Source of the DNA: a virus
Lineage: Duplodnaviria; Caudoviricetes
DNA length: 39,833 nucleotides
Virus record (IMG/VR): IMGVR_UViG_3300032304_000280
Span: 1-39,833 of that record
Strand: one strand, 5' to 3'
In this document: one piece after another, positions 17,768-26,666 of the stretch
Position numbering within the stretch: the stretch's first letter is position 1
How the letters are laid out: each line of letters starts with the position of its first letter
Translations under genes and position numbers: made by a program
Notes under the pieces: generated by a model
Told to the model about the DNA's origin: nothing
Database searches by the model: none
The model's input: only the letters and a program-made list of their open reading frames with translations

Positions 17768-17967
17768 GCATGATCAAAACAATTTCGATATGGCTTGCAT
17801 TGCTTGCCGCATTTTTAATCGTCAACCAGATGGATTACGAAGACGCCGTCAAGGAAGAGCAACACTACTGCGACATGGTGCGCGAAGGTCATTGGCCAGC
17901 ATACAAGCCAGAGATCGATTGCAAGCGCATCGACCAAGAGCACATGGTGCGAGGCATCAAGTTGTGA
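17764..17967 (+). CDS. Small membrane-anchored hypothetical protein
   Basis: N-terminal TM helix, MDYEDA, YC.MV..G.WP.Y; SD AAGGAG. Confidence 0.7.
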   Translation: MSMIKTISIWLALLAAFLIVNQMDYEDAVKEEQHYCDMVREGHWPAYKPEIDCKRIDQEHMVRGIKL

Positions 17968-18401
17968 GAAAGAAAAGCAAGTACAGACCAAAGCCGGTGC
18001 TTGCATTGCCGAAGATTTTCCGCCACAACAAAGAGGCTGAAGTCGATCTGCAATTTATACCGCACATGGAGTTGCAAAAATTCAAGACCGGTGATGCTGA
18101 CGAGTACACATGGAACACGGTGTGCTTTCGATTGAACTGGGGCTATGTGATGTCCGGTGACCACTTTGATTCTGTCGAGGCACGCGAACTGATGGAGCAA
18201 TCACTGGCCGCAATTAAGTCAGTCAAAGACAGGCACGAGCGCACAAGCAAGTGGGGCACAACCGGCGAAGAGTTCAATGTAATTGGCCACGCTTTGAACT
18301 TGACCGATGACATGCAATTGAACACAACCAGAAGACAGCAAGAGGAATCATTGAACACATTGCTGAGACTTAACGAACTGAAGATTGGAGGAAAGTTTTG
18401 A
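17964..18401 (+). CDS. Hypothetical protein (RKKSKYRPKPV family)
   Basis: GTG start overlapping the upstream TGA. Confidence 0.7.
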   Translation: MRKKSKYRPKPVLALPKIFRHNKEAEVDLQFIPHMELQKFKTGDADEYTWNTVCFRLNWGYVMSGDHFDSVEARELMEQSLAAIKSVKDRHERTSKWGTTGEEFNVIGHALNLTDDMQLNTTRRQQEESLNTLLRLNELKIGGKF

Positions 18402-18853
18402 CATACGGGAACGCGGACCAAACTTACCAGGACAGACAAGGTGTCGGTGTCAATATCGGCGAAGAGATGTTTGAGCAATGGTGCGAGCGCAATGGGTGGA
18501 ACTGCACGCGCCTGGGCTTTGATGAGAAGTTTGCCAATGTGGGCGCCTTTTACAATCTCAATCCAATACTGCGCAACATGCCGGACTATGTGATCCAGCG
18601 TGATGAACGCACCTTCGTTGTCAATGTCAAAGGCACAGCCAACATCAAAGAAAAAGAGCGCTTGCTGTTGCCGCAATTGATCGAGGCCTACTCAACGCAA
18701 AAGGCGCCGCTGATCTACATGTTCAGCATTCGCAATCAGCGCATGAAGTTTGCAGAGGCAGAACACATCATCGAACTGTATGACATCGAGTCAGACAAGA
18801 AGTGGCACGACGGTGTTGTGTATCGAACCATTCGACTGGAGTATGTGCGATGA
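18398..18853 (+). CDS. Putative PD-(D/E)xK-fold nuclease-like protein
   Basis: GEEMF helix followed by MPDYVI...VVNVKG. Confidence 0.55.
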   Translation: MTYGNADQTYQDRQGVGVNIGEEMFEQWCERNGWNCTRLGFDEKFANVGAFYNLNPILRNMPDYVIQRDERTFVVNVKGTANIKEKERLLLPQLIEAYSTQKAPLIYMFSIRNQRMKFAEAEHIIELYDIESDKKWHDGVVYRTIRLEYVR

Positions 18854-18945
18854 ACATTGGGCACATCATGATGGTCATTGGTGAACTGATGATCGGCGCA
18901 GGAATGGGTGTCGCACTTGTTGGTGTGGCAATATATTTTTATTTT
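18850..18945 (+). CDS. 31-aa hydrophobic peptide, not in the ORF track
   Basis: MNIGHIMMVIGELMIGAGMGVALVGVAIFLF; ATGA overlap; SD GGAG. Confidence 0.55.
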
Positions 18946-18956
18946 GAGGATGACTT

Positions 18957-19217
18957 ATGAAATTCGCACGAGTATTTGATGTGGTTCGATATGGCCAGAT
19001 CGTAATGTTGAAACAACAGAACCAAGAAGGCGCACCTGAGTTGCGATTCTTTTGCCAACCTGAAGGCATGGGCGTTTGCTCATTCGCTATTGGCTGGGAT
19101 GACGACAGCGGTGAAAGCAAGATCGAACACGCATTCGAGCACATGGTCATGCGTGAGGCGATCGAGATCGTCGACGGCTGGTTCAAGCACATGTCGGCCA
19201 TGGAGCAAAAGCATTGA
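18957..19217 (+). CDS. Hypothetical protein
   Basis: MKFARVF...GQI...PELRFF..P.GMGVCS; SD GAGG. Confidence 0.7.
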   Translation: MKFARVFDVVRYGQIVMLKQQNQEGAPELRFFCQPEGMGVCSFAIGWDDDSGESKIEHAFEHMVMREAIEIVDGWFKHMSAMEQKH

Positions 19218-19441
19218 CAGCACGCGAGCAATACGAGATCGATGTCACGCTCCACGATGGTCGTGTCGTTGGCTCATGGTCACGCGAGTGGATGATCGAA
19301 TGCGAAGCCAAGCATTTACTGACATTGCCACTGTGGAAGCGCAGGGATGAACTCGATGTCCGCGAAAAAAAACGCGGCATCAAATCGGTAGAACAACTCA
19401 AGGCCGTGATGGCCTCAATACACACAAGAAGAAAAAAATGA
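19214..19441 (+). CDS. Hypothetical protein
   Basis: S.EW..ECEA..LL.LPL..RR...KKRG motif; coupled start. Confidence 0.65.
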   Translation: MTAREQYEIDVTLHDGRVVGSWSREWMIECEAKHLLTLPLWKRRDELDVREKKRGIKSVEQLKAVMASIHTRRKK

Positions 19442-19668
19442 CAGCACTCGAACAAGCAAAAAAAATTCTCGACCGCACGCGGGAGGGATGGAACATAAGC
19501 CCACAACGAATAAATTGGGCGCTCGAAATTACTGGCGACATCGTTGCGGAAAATTCAATGATGATGCAAAATCAATACTGTGCAACTTCGCACGACACTC
19601 GAGGAGATAATCATGGGCTATGGCAAGGACAAAGGCAAGAAACCCCCGAAGCGTTAAGCAGTACCTAG
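19438..19668 (+). CDS. Hypothetical protein
   Basis: AKKILDR..EG....INWALEITGD N-terminal half; C-terminal half overlaps regulatory sites. Confidence 0.5.
   Translation: MTALEQAKKILDRTREGWNISPQRINWALEITGDIVAENSMMMQNQYCATSHDTRGDNHGLWQGQRQETPEALSST
19543..19581 (+). promoter_or_regulatory. Tandem 17-bp operator-like sites plus TACTGT -10 upstream of the HTH/terminase genes
   Basis: GTTGC-N7-TCAAT (19543-19559) abuts GATGA-N7-TCAAT (19560-19576); TACTGT at 19576-19581. Confidence 0.5.
19613..19657 (+). CDS. Candidate 14-aa basic micropeptide MGYGKDKGKKPPKR
   Basis: Strong SD GAGGAG at 19601-19606 with 6-nt spacing to ATG. Confidence 0.4.
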   Translation: MGYGKDKGKKPPKR

Positions 19669-19678
19669 TTGTCATGAG

Positions 19679-19939
19679 ATGAAGGGTAAGAAGCGCGTGC
19701 AATTTGTGGCAGTAAATGAACAGGGATACCGCATTGGCGCATCCCATCACAATGCCCGCCTTCCGGATGAGGTCATAGACAAAATCCGTGACATGCACGA
19801 AGACGAGGAAGTGGGCTACCGCAAACTATCCAAGATCTTCGACATCCCTCTGAGCACCATCAAAAAGATTTGCAAGTACGAGCGACGAGCACAAACCCCT
19901 GATAGATGGAAAAAGATCATCGATGAAACCGAAGACTGA
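19679..19939 (+). CDS. HTH DNA-binding protein, candidate late-transcription activator
   Basis: ARLPDEVIDKIRDMHE...GYRKLSKIFDIPLSTIKKIC HTH; directly upstream of terS. Confidence 0.7.
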   Translation: MKGKKRVQFVAVNEQGYRIGASHHNARLPDEVIDKIRDMHEDEEVGYRKLSKIFDIPLSTIKKICKYERRAQTPDRWKKIIDETED

Positions 19940-20429
19940 AAAGCGACCAATGGGCAGGCCACCAGAGCCTGTGCCACAAGACAAGGTCGATGAGATCTGC
20001 GAATGGATCACGACCGGCAAAACCTTGCGTGAGTGGTGCCGCAACAATGGCATCCACTACTCGACCGTGTACCTTTGGATGGGAAAAGACAAGGACTTTG
20101 CTCAACGCTTCGCGCAGGCGCGTGAGATTGGCCATGACTGCATTGCCGACGACGCGCTCGAGATCATCGACACCGAGCCACTGATGACTGGTGGCGACAA
20201 TCCCAAATACGACAGCGCGCATGTGGCCTGGCTACGCAACCGGGCAGAGTACCGGCTCAAGCTGTTGGCCAAATGGAACCCGAAGAAGTACGGCGACCGC
20301 ACCACATTGGCCGGCGATCCTGACAACCCACTGATGGAGCCGATGGACGACACCCAGCGTGCGGCCAAACTGCAAGCGATCTTGGCCACAGCCCAGGCGC
20401 GGAAAGCCAAGAATGGCGGCGGCGTTTGA
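19923..20429 (+). CDS. terS: Terminase small subunit
   Basis: MGRP, EICEWITTGKTLREWC, AREIG.D.IADDALEI.D, LLAKWNPKKYGD. Confidence 0.88.
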   Translation: MKPKTEKRPMGRPPEPVPQDKVDEICEWITTGKTLREWCRNNGIHYSTVYLWMGKDKDFAQRFAQAREIGHDCIADDALEIIDTEPLMTGGDNPKYDSAHVAWLRNRAEYRLKLLAKWNPKKYGDRTTLAGDPDNPLMEPMDDTQRAAKLQAILATAQARKAKNGGGV

Positions 20430-21945
20430 CCCAGCATTGCTGGCGTACTTGACCGATGAAGAGCGAGCAGAACTCGACTCACTACTGACCAGCGACAAGA
20501 CCTTGTGGCGCCCATTGCCTGGGCCTCAAACCATTGCGTACGAAAGCCAGGCCGACATCATTGGCTACGGCGGCGCGGCGGGTGGTGGCAAGACTGACCT
20601 GGCCTGCGGTAAAGCATTGACCAGCCATCGCAAGATCGGCATCTTTCGATTGAACGGCACCGAGTTGACCGGCGTGCTGGACCGCATCACAGAACTGCTT
20701 GGTGGCCGCAATGGCTACAACGGCAAGGACAATATCTGGCGGACCAGGCGCGTCGATGGCGTGCCCATCCAGGTCGAGTTCGGATCGTTCCCAAACCCAG
20801 ACGACGAGAAGAAGTACCAGGGCCGACCGCACGACCTGCTGGTGTTTGACGAAGCCGCAAACATGCGCGAGTCTGCCGTGCGCTTCCTGCTTGGCTGGTT
20901 GCGTACCACTGTGCCTGGCCAGAAGTGCCAAGCCTTGCTGACATTCAACCCACCAACCACAGCCGAGGGCCGCTGGATCATCCAGTTCTTTGCGCCATGG
21001 CTGGACAAGAAGCACCCGAACCCGGCAGAGCCTGGCGAACTGCGCTACTTTGCGACGGTCGACGGCAAGGATGTCGAGGTCGATTCGGGTAAACCCTTTA
21101 CTCACAACGGTGAAGTGATCACGCCGCTCTCGCGTACCTTCATCCCCTCACGCATCAGTGATAACCCTTACTTGATGGGGACCGGCTACATGGCACAACT
21201 TCAATCGCTACCCGAGCCACTGCGCTCACAGATGCTCTATGGCGACTTCCAGGCAGGCATGGAGGACGATCCCTGGCAAGTCATACCCACGGCATGGGCA
21301 GAGGCCGCTATGGCCCGCTGGACGCGTCCTGACAAGCTGGCGCCGATGGATAGCCTGGGCGTCGATGTGGCCAGAGGCGGTAAAGACAACACGATCATCG
21401 CCAAGCGGCACGGCATGTGGTTCGATGAGCCACTGGCTTACCCTGGCACAGCCACACCCGATGGCCCGACGATCGCTGGCCTGGTGGTGTCTGCACTGCG
21501 TGACCGCGCCCCGATCCACATCGATGTGATTGGCGTCGGGTCCAGCCCGTATGACTTCCTGAACGAGATGGGCCAGCAGGTGCTGGGCGTCAATGTGGCC
21601 GAGTCAGCCCTGGGCCTGGACAAGTCTGGGCGCCTGCGCTTCAAGAACCAACGATCGGAACTGTGGTGGCGCATGCGTGAGGCGCTCGATCCAGCCAACA
21701 ACACCGGCATAGCGTTGCCTCCAGATCAACGACTGCTCGCTGACTTGTGCGCGCCAACCTGGAAGCTGGTGGGCCAGACCGTGGCCGTGGCCAGCCGTGA
21801 AGAGATCCTCGACAAGATCGGTCGATCACCTGACTATGCGTCTGCCTACTGCTTGGCGCTGATGGACACACCCAAGCGATCGATCATGCAGGAGTTGGGC
21901 CGATACAACAAAAGGGAAGAGTATGACCCGTACAGCAAACTTTGA
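20413..21945 (+). CDS. terL: Terminase large subunit
   Basis: Walker A GGAAGGGKT, Walker B LLVFDEA, TFNPP, nuclease GVDVARGGKD and RSPD. Confidence 0.93.
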   Translation: MAAAFDPALLAYLTDEERAELDSLLTSDKTLWRPLPGPQTIAYESQADIIGYGGAAGGGKTDLACGKALTSHRKIGIFRLNGTELTGVLDRITELLGGRNGYNGKDNIWRTRRVDGVPIQVEFGSFPNPDDEKKYQGRPHDLLVFDEAANMRESAVRFLLGWLRTTVPGQKCQALLTFNPPTTAEGRWIIQFFAPWLDKKHPNPAEPGELRYFATVDGKDVEVDSGKPFTHNGEVITPLSRTFIPSRISDNPYLMGTGYMAQLQSLPEPLRSQMLYGDFQAGMEDDPWQVIPTAWAEAAMARWTRPDKLAPMDSLGVDVARGGKDNTIIAKRHGMWFDEPLAYPGTATPDGPTIAGLVVSALRDRAPIHIDVIGVGSSPYDFLNEMGQQVLGVNVAESALGLDKSGRLRFKNQRSELWWRMREALDPANNTGIALPPDQRLLADLCAPTWKLVGQTVAVASREEILDKIGRSPDYASAYCLALMDTPKRSIMQELGRYNKREEYDPYSKL

Positions 21946-22549
21946 ACGCGTGGCCACCGGCATCGATGTCATGCCCTTGTTGGCCAGGCTCGAGGCCATG
22001 CCACACCTGTGGGATGAGATCACTGCACGCCAGGAATACACCGGCACGGCACATAAAGACACACACTGCATCTACCCGCGTGGGCCGCTGAAGTTCACGC
22101 CGTACTTCTACATGTACGACACTGGTGCTTACGACTACCCGGTGATGGACACGCTGGCCGATGTCCTGGTCCCGATCCTGCGGCCACTGCTCACCGATGT
22201 GCTCAAGGTCGAAGAGTTGGGGCGTGTGCTCATTGTCAAACTCAGGCCAGGCGGCATCATCACGCCGCACATTGACGAGGGCACCTACGCAGATCACTAT
22301 GCCCGCTTTCATGTGGCCGTCACTGGCACAGACAAAGCGACGCTGACAGCAGGCGACGAGACGCATCACATCGCACCTGGTGAGGCATGGTGGTTTGACC
22401 ACAAGGTCAGACACTCAGCACGCAACGACGGGGAAACCGACCGCATCCACATCATCATTGACGCGGTCACTCCGCTGTTCCCGATGCGCAAGGTACCCGT
22501 ATCCGATAATGTAGCCACTACTGTGGCGTCAATAGTGGGGAACCCATGA
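21923..22549 (+). CDS. Aspartyl/asparaginyl beta-hydroxylase family 2OG-Fe(II) dioxygenase
   Basis: L.PGG.I.PHID, RFHV, GEAWWFDH...HSA.N.G..DRIH.IID (HxD...H triad). Confidence 0.85.
   Translation: MTRTANFERVATGIDVMPLLARLEAMPHLWDEITARQEYTGTAHKDTHCIYPRGPLKFTPYFYMYDTGAYDYPVMDTLADVLVPILRPLLTDVLKVEELGRVLIVKLRPGGIITPHIDEGTYADHYARFHVAVTGTDKATLTAGDETHHIAPGEAWWFDHKVRHSARNDGETDRIHIIIDAVTPLFPMRKVPVSDNVATTVASIVGNP
22492..22524 (+). promoter_or_regulatory. Putative phage late promoter GGTACCCGTA-N17-TACTGT
   Basis: Conserved motif and spacing; upstream of the GNAT/portal genes. Confidence 0.72.
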
Positions 22550-22995
22550 CTGAAATCCGACCTTCGAATGTCGACGAGATGCTTGCGAATGCAAGCGAGT
22601 TGTTCTCAGAACACTGGGAAGAGATTGCCTTGAACAAGCAGGTGATGGTGCTCAAGCCCGATGAGGCTAAGTATCGCGCCGCAGAGGCCAACGGCATGCT
22701 GTTGATCCTCGCCGCTTTTGAAGGCACGGAGATTGTGGGTTACTCGGTGAACATCGTGACGAATCATCTTCACTATGCCGACCTCATAACATGTAGCAAC
22801 GACTTGCTCTTTGTAACTGAAAGCAAGAGGAGTGGCCGACTTGGACTGCAACTGATCCGTGCAACGGAGAAAGCGGCAAAAGAGCGCGGCGCCCGTCTGA
22901 TGCTGTGGCATGCCAAACCAGGCACGCCATTGGAGAAGATGATGCCTCGCCTTGGTTACGGTGTGCAGGACATCATCTTCAGTTTTCAGATCTAA
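22546..22995 (+). CDS. GNAT family acetyltransferase-like protein
   Basis: IVGY, DLLFV.ESKRSGRLGLQLI...E..AKERGA, RLGY motifs. Confidence 0.8.
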   Translation: MTEIRPSNVDEMLANASELFSEHWEEIALNKQVMVLKPDEAKYRAAEANGMLLILAAFEGTEIVGYSVNIVTNHLHYADLITCSNDLLFVTESKRSGRLGLQLIRATEKAAKERGARLMLWHAKPGTPLEKMMPRLGYGVQDIIFSFQI

Positions 22996-23006
22996 AGGAG
23001 ATCATC

Positions 23007-23330
23007 ATGGGTGTAACAGCGGCAGTGGCGGCAGTAGTGGGTACCACCTACTCTGTGTACAGTGGCGAACAAGCCAAGAAGCAACAACAGCAAGCGCTTC
23101 GTCAGCAAGAGGCGGCGCAGACTCAACAACTAACGCAAGCCAAAGAGGCGGCGGAAACATCACAGCAGAACATCAACAAGGCCAACCAACGCCGCCCTGA
23201 CACTCAGGCCGTCATGGCTGATGCAACTGCGGCTGGTGCTGGCGGTGCCAGCGGCACGATGCTAACTGGTCCGCAGGGTATCGACCCTCAACAGTTGGCA
23301 CTCGGCAGAAACACACTTCTCGGCGGTTAA
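23007..23330 (+). CDS. Small virion protein upstream of the portal
   Basis: Gln/Ala-rich; GTMLTGPQG...LGRNTLLGG C-terminus typical of pre-portal genes in this phage type; SD AAGGAG. Confidence 0.7.
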   Translation: MGVTAAVAAVVGTTYSVYSGEQAKKQQQQALRQQEAAQTQQLTQAKEAAETSQQNINKANQRRPDTQAVMADATAAGAGGASGTMLTGPQGIDPQQLALGRNTLLGG

Positions 23331-23333
23331 ACC

Positions 23334-25037
23334 ATGAGTCAATTTCCCAGCGACGCACAGTCGTATCCAAACGCCCCGACGCGGGACAAACTGTTCACGC
23401 GCTGGGGACAACTCAAATCGGAGCGTGCATCTTGGTGGGCGCACTGGCAAGAGATCACAACCTACCTGTTGCCACGCAATGGCCGATACTTCGTCCAGGA
23501 CCGTGACAAAGGATGGCGTCGTCACAACAACATCTATGACAACACCGGCACACGCTCACTGCGCGTGCTTGGCGCTGGCATGATGGCTGGTGCAACAAGC
23601 CCAGCACGACCATGGTTCCGCCTGGCCACAGCAGACCCTGAACTCAACAAGTATCAGCCGGTCAAGGTGTGGCTCGATGACACCACGCGTCGCATGCAGA
23701 TGGTGTTTCAACGGTCCAACACATACCGCGCAATGCATCAGATGTACGAGGAACTCGGCGCATTTGGTACCGGCGCATCGATTGTGTTGCCTGACTTTCA
23801 GAACATCATCCATCACTACCCGCTGACAACCGGCGAGTATTGCATCGCGACCAACTATCAGGGAAGCGTCAACACTCTGTACCGTGAGTATGAGAAGACC
23901 GTGGCCGAGGTGGTGCAAGAGTTCGGGCGCGAGAACTGCTCAACCACTGTGCGCAACATGTTTGACCGTGGCACGCTTGATGCCTGGGTGCCAATCATCC
24001 ACGCCATCGAGCCACGATCTGATCGCGACACACGCAAGCGCGACAACATGAACATGCCATTTGCGTCGTACCACTTTGAGGTGGGCGGCGACAACGACAA
24101 GTTCCTGCGCGAGTCTGGCTTCAAGATGTTCCCTGCATTGGCCCCACGCTGGGCCACTGCTGGTGGTGACATCTACGGCAACAGCCCTGGCATGGAAGCA
24201 TTGGGCGACATCAAGCAATTGCAACACGAGCAACTGCGCAAAGCCCAAGCGATTGACTACCAGGTCAAACCACCATTGCAAGTGCCGACCTCGATGAAGA
24301 ACCGAGATGTCGAGACTCTGCCTGGTGGCGTTTCATTCGTTGATGCGAACTCACCTACCGGTGGCATTCGCTCTGCGTTTGAAGTCAACCTCAATTTGCA
24401 GTACCTGCTCAACGACATCCAAGACTGCCGCGACCGCGTTCGTGGTGCGTTCTATGCTGACCTGTTCTTGATGCTGGCCAACGCAACAGACACACGCATG
24501 ACAGCGACCGAAGTGGCCGAGCGTCACGAAGAAAAACTGCTCATGCTTGGTCCAGTGCTCGAGCGTTTGCACAACGAGTTGCTGTCTCCATTGATCGACA
24601 TGACATTCACCCGCATGGTCGAGGCTGGTGTGCTATTGCCACCACCTCCAGAATTGCAGGGCATGGAGTTGTCGGTCGAGTTTGTCTCGATGCTGGCGCA
24701 GGCACAGCGTGCCATCGGCACCAACAGCGTTGACCGATTCGTTGGCAACCTGGGCGTCGTGGCCAACATGAAGCCAGAGGTGCTTGACAAGTTCAACAGC
24801 GACGCATGGGCCGATGCCTATGCCGATATGCTGGGCGTAGACCCCAACATCCTGGTGGGCGGCGAGCAAGTCGCATTGATTCGCGGTGCACGCAATGAAG
24901 CACTCGCGGCCAAAGAGCAACAAGCCGCAATGCATCAGCAAGCACTGATCGCAAAGGATCTCTCACAGACACAAACGACAGAGCCAAGCGCGCTGACCAA
25001 TGTGATCGATATGTTCTCCGGATACAACACACCCTGA
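23334..25037 (+). CDS. Portal (head-tail connector) protein, T7 gp8/BPP-1-like
   Basis: TSPARPWFRL, PRW...GD.YG.SPG, MTATEVAERHEEKL..LGPVLERL..ELL.PLI. Confidence 0.93.
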   Translation: MSQFPSDAQSYPNAPTRDKLFTRWGQLKSERASWWAHWQEITTYLLPRNGRYFVQDRDKGWRRHNNIYDNTGTRSLRVLGAGMMAGATSPARPWFRLATADPELNKYQPVKVWLDDTTRRMQMVFQRSNTYRAMHQMYEELGAFGTGASIVLPDFQNIIHHYPLTTGEYCIATNYQGSVNTLYREYEKTVAEVVQEFGRENCSTTVRNMFDRGTLDAWVPIIHAIEPRSDRDTRKRDNMNMPFASYHFEVGGDNDKFLRESGFKMFPALAPRWATAGGDIYGNSPGMEALGDIKQLQHEQLRKAQAIDYQVKPPLQVPTSMKNRDVETLPGGVSFVDANSPTGGIRSAFEVNLNLQYLLNDIQDCRDRVRGAFYADLFLMLANATDTRMTATEVAERHEEKLLMLGPVLERLHNELLSPLIDMTFTRMVEAGVLLPPPPELQGMELSVEFVSMLAQAQRAIGTNSVDRFVGNLGVVANMKPEVLDKFNSDAWADAYADMLGVDPNILVGGEQVALIRGARNEALAAKEQQAAMHQQALIAKDLSQTQTTEPSALTNVIDMFSGYNTP

Positions 25038-25048
25038 AAGGAATAACC

Positions 25049-25375
25049 ATGCCAATGATCAACATGCAAAAGCCCGCCGAGCGCGAAGAGATGCCAGGCG
25101 AATACGAAGCAGACGAGCCGCGTTACCCATACGGCCTGTGCATCAGCCTGGGCAAAGACGAACTCGAGAAGCTGGGCATCACCGTATTGCCAAAGGTTGG
25201 CACTGAGATGACCATCATGGCCAAAGCCTATGTCAAGATGACTCGTGCATACGAGACTCAAGGCGAAGGCGAAGACATGGGCATCGAGTTGCAGATCACC
25301 GACATGGAGATCCAAGGCAACCAGCAACAGCGCAATGCCGACGCATCGACCATGCTTTACGGCACCGGTGAGTAA
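25049..25375 (+). CDS. Head-region hypothetical protein (possible capsid-associated protein)
   Basis: YPYGLCISL...LEKLG...LPKVG...ELQITDM; C-terminus ASTMLYG. Confidence 0.75.
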   Translation: MPMINMQKPAEREEMPGEYEADEPRYPYGLCISLGKDELEKLGITVLPKVGTEMTIMAKAYVKMTRAYETQGEGEDMGIELQITDMEIQGNQQQRNADASTMLYGTGE

Positions 25376-25377
25376 TC

Positions 25378-25539
25378 ATGCCAGCCAAGTCTGAGAAACA
25401 GGCCCGCTTCATGCAGGCTGTTGCACACAACAAGGAGTTCGCCAAAAAGGTGGATGTACCTCAATCTGTTGGGCGCGACTTTTCTCAGATGGCTGACAAG
25501 ATGTACCCAGCAAAAGACAAAGAAAAGAAAAAGGACTGA
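25378..25539 (+). CDS. Small basic protein (53 aa), not in the ORF track
   Basis: MPAKSEKQARFMQAVAHNKEFAKKVDVPQSVGRDFSQMADKMYPAKDKEKKKD; tiles the gap. Confidence 0.75.
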   Translation: MPAKSEKQARFMQAVAHNKEFAKKVDVPQSVGRDFSQMADKMYPAKDKEKKKD

Positions 25540-25541
25540 CC

Positions 25542-25709
25542 ATGCCAGGACCAGGACTTTGGGCCAATATTCACGCCAAGCGTAAGCGGATCGAAGAAGG
25601 ATCTGGCGAGCGCATGCGTAAGCCTGGCGAAGAGGGTGCGCCAACCCGCAAGGATTTCAAGGAATCTGCGGCTGAAAAGCTGTATGGCAAAGACAAGGAC
25701 AAGAAATGA
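25542..25709 (+). CDS. Small basic protein (55 aa), not in the ORF track
   Basis: MPGPGLWANIHAKRKRIEEGSGERMRKPGEEGAPTRKDFKESAAEKLYGKDKDKK; SD AAGGA; ATGA overlap with the next gene. Confidence 0.75.
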   Translation: MPGPGLWANIHAKRKRIEEGSGERMRKPGEEGAPTRKDFKESAAEKLYGKDKDKK

Positions 25710-26275
25710 CAGCACGCCAAAAGTACCAAGGCGCCCCCTGGCTGTATGACGAGACGACCGGCGACATCGTTGGAGTCAAAGATCCTGATGGGTCAGACTT
25801 TTACTTTCAGCGTGCGCCGTTACTTGGCTTGTTTCATGACAACACAACGCAAACTGCCGCCTTGGCAAACACAGCGTACGCAATGACTTTTGGTGAAACC
25901 GACATATCTCGGGGGATAACAATTGTCGATACAACCAAAATTACAGTGAGTCGTGCTGGTGTTTACAACATTCAATTTTCAGTTCAATTGGATAGGACCA
26001 ATTCTGGTACCGATGTTGTTGATATATGGTTCAGAAAAAACGGGGTTGATGTCTCTGATTCAAACACCAAAGTTACGATAAGTGGTTCGGCTAATGCCTG
26101 CAAGACAGTCGCGGCCTGGAACTTTTTTGTTGAAGCCAATGCTGGCGACTATTTCCAAGTCATGTGGAATACCCCAGATACCCGCGTAAATCTTCATTAC
26201 AACGCGGCAGGTACCAGCCCAACCAGGCCAATTACACCGTCGGTCATTGTGACCGTTAATGAAGTAGCGGCATGA
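25706..26275 (+). CDS. Putative head fibre/decoration protein with C1q/TNF-like beta domain
   Basis: ITVSRAGVYNIQFSVQL...IWFRKNG.D...AGDYFQVMW beta-rich pattern. Confidence 0.55.
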   Translation: MTARQKYQGAPWLYDETTGDIVGVKDPDGSDFYFQRAPLLGLFHDNTTQTAALANTAYAMTFGETDISRGITIVDTTKITVSRAGVYNIQFSVQLDRTNSGTDVVDIWFRKNGVDVSDSNTKVTISGSANACKTVAAWNFFVEANAGDYFQVMWNTPDTRVNLHYNAAGTSPTRPITPSVIVTVNEVAA

Positions 26276-26276
26276 G

Positions 26277-26309
26277 GGTACCCGTATCCAAATGTGCAGT
26301 AGTTAGATT
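26277..26309 (+). promoter_or_regulatory. Putative phage late promoter GGTACCCGTA-N17-TAGATT (leaderless transcript)
   Basis: Conserved motif; the next ATG is 7 nt after the -10 and has no SD. Confidence 0.75.
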
Positions 26310-26315
26310 GGCGCC

Positions 26316-26666
26316 ATGAGCAAAGAATTTGACCCGATCGATTTGCGTGGGCAAGAGCGTGCAAAGTCTGACAAAGACATGCGCGAGAAACTCGCCCGCG
26401 AAAACGAGGAGGCGGACATCAAGTGGCTCATGGGTAGCAAGAGGGGGCGCCGTGTAGTGTGGCGTCTTATGGATCAATCCGGCGTGTTCCGGCTGTCGTT
26501 CAATACCAACTCGATGCAAATGGCATTCGCAGAAGGTAACAGGAACTTCGGCAATCGCATGCTCGCGATGATTCACGCTCAGTGCCCTGAGTTATATCCA
26601 CAAATGGTAAAGGAGCAATCCAATGACAGAATCGCTGATGACGGATCAAGCCGCAACGACCACTGA
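26316..26666 (+). CDS. Bbp19-like head-region protein
   Basis: DIKWLM..KRGRRVVWRL....GVFR.SF...MAFAEG.RN.G. Confidence 0.75.
   Translation: MSKEFDPIDLRGQERAKSDKDMREKLARENEEADIKWLMGSKRGRRVVWRLMDQSGVFRLSFNTNSMQMAFAEGNRNFGNRMLAMIHAQCPELYPQMVKEQSNDRIADDGSSRNDH

Noticed and set aside
19660-19692. AGTACCTAGT...TAAGAA as a degenerate late promoter before the HTH gene
   Set aside because: Poor match to the 10-mer and the -10 lacks the final T
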